Shown: positions 32,175 through 32,507 of the stretch, one piece after another
Layout: every line of letters begins with the position of its first letter
How positions within the stretch are numbered: the stretch's first letter is position 1
Assembly (NCBI GenBank): GCA_964395935.1
Contig: CAYNBR010000006.1
Span: 1-32,507, forward strand
Length of the DNA: 32,507 nucleotides
Origin: Candidatus Woesearchaeota archaeon
GTDB lineage: Archaea > Nanobdellota > Nanobdellia > SCGC-AAA011-G17 > GW2011-AR18
Reading direction: 5' to 3'
Notes under the pieces: generated by a model
Told to the model about the DNA's origin: nothing
The model's database searches: none
The model's input: the letters and a program-made list of their open reading frames with translations, nothing else
Made by a program: the position numbers and the translations under genes

Positions 32175-32355
32175 TATAAGTTTCAAAAGCCACCTATTGA
32201 AATGGCAGATAAGTTATTAGAAAATAAAAATAAGGTTAAAATAAATTTAAGTATAAAGAGAGAATACTCTTGGCAGAATTGGTGAGACTTGGAGTTTAAT
32301 TTAGCTTAAAGTTTGGGAAAATGCTTTAGTCTGGAATTCAACAAATAAAAAAGCA

Positions 32356-32467
32356 TTAAATAATTTAAAATTTAATCTTACCATTCCCAATATCTAACAT
32401 TTTCTTAGCTAAAATAAAGAAAATGTTAGATATTGGGAATGGTAAGATTAAATTTTAAATTATTTAA
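32356..32467. repeat. Perfect 51-bp inverted repeat with a 10-nt loop (probable fold-back library artefact)
   Basis: 32356-32406 is the exact reverse complement of 32417-32467. The right arm runs directly into adapter sequence. Confidence 0.9.
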
Positions 32468-32507
32468 GATCGGAAGAACACACGTCTGAACTCCAGTCAC
32501 GATTCTG
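32467..32507 (+). other. Illumina TruSeq-type adapter plus partial index (not genomic)
   Basis: AGATCGGAAGAACACACGTCTGAACTCCAGTCAC is one mismatch from AGATCGGAAGAGCACACGTCTGAACTCCAGTCAC. It is followed by GATTCTG at the index position. Confidence 0.97.

Noticed and set aside
32202..32340. Short ORF after lonB (MADKLLENK...)
   Set aside because: Only 27 codons, no motif, and close to the unreliable contig end.
32356..32467. Hairpin telomere, MITE or large terminator
   Set aside because: Perfect arm identity and a direct junction to the sequencing adapter point to a library fold-back artefact.

Overview
A very AT-rich, gene-dense archaeal chromosome segment. Gene content and style suggest a DPANN lineage such as Woesearchaeota/Pacearchaeota (inference). 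Core genes: cdc48, radB, topA, serS, Hef helicase (with an intein) plus a separate ERCC4 nuclease, thpR, pan, a TctA-family protein, PolD DP2/DP1, cdc6, a PRC-barrel protein and lonB. A probable replication origin (inverted ORB-like elements around an AT-rich tract) lies next to cdc6. Most notable are: a two-gene 2OG-Fe(II) oxygenase pair that reproduces the active N-domain and degenerate C-domain of eukaryotic OGFOD1/Tpa1/Ofd1; serS interrupted by one in-frame TAA; an unannotated small zinc-finger ORF interrupted by an in-frame TGA; a truncated queuosine-salvage gene; and paralogous 29-aa-repeat alpha-solenoid proteins. The last ~90 bases are a library artefact (fold-back copy plus Illumina adapter), so single-base anomalies need read-level checks.
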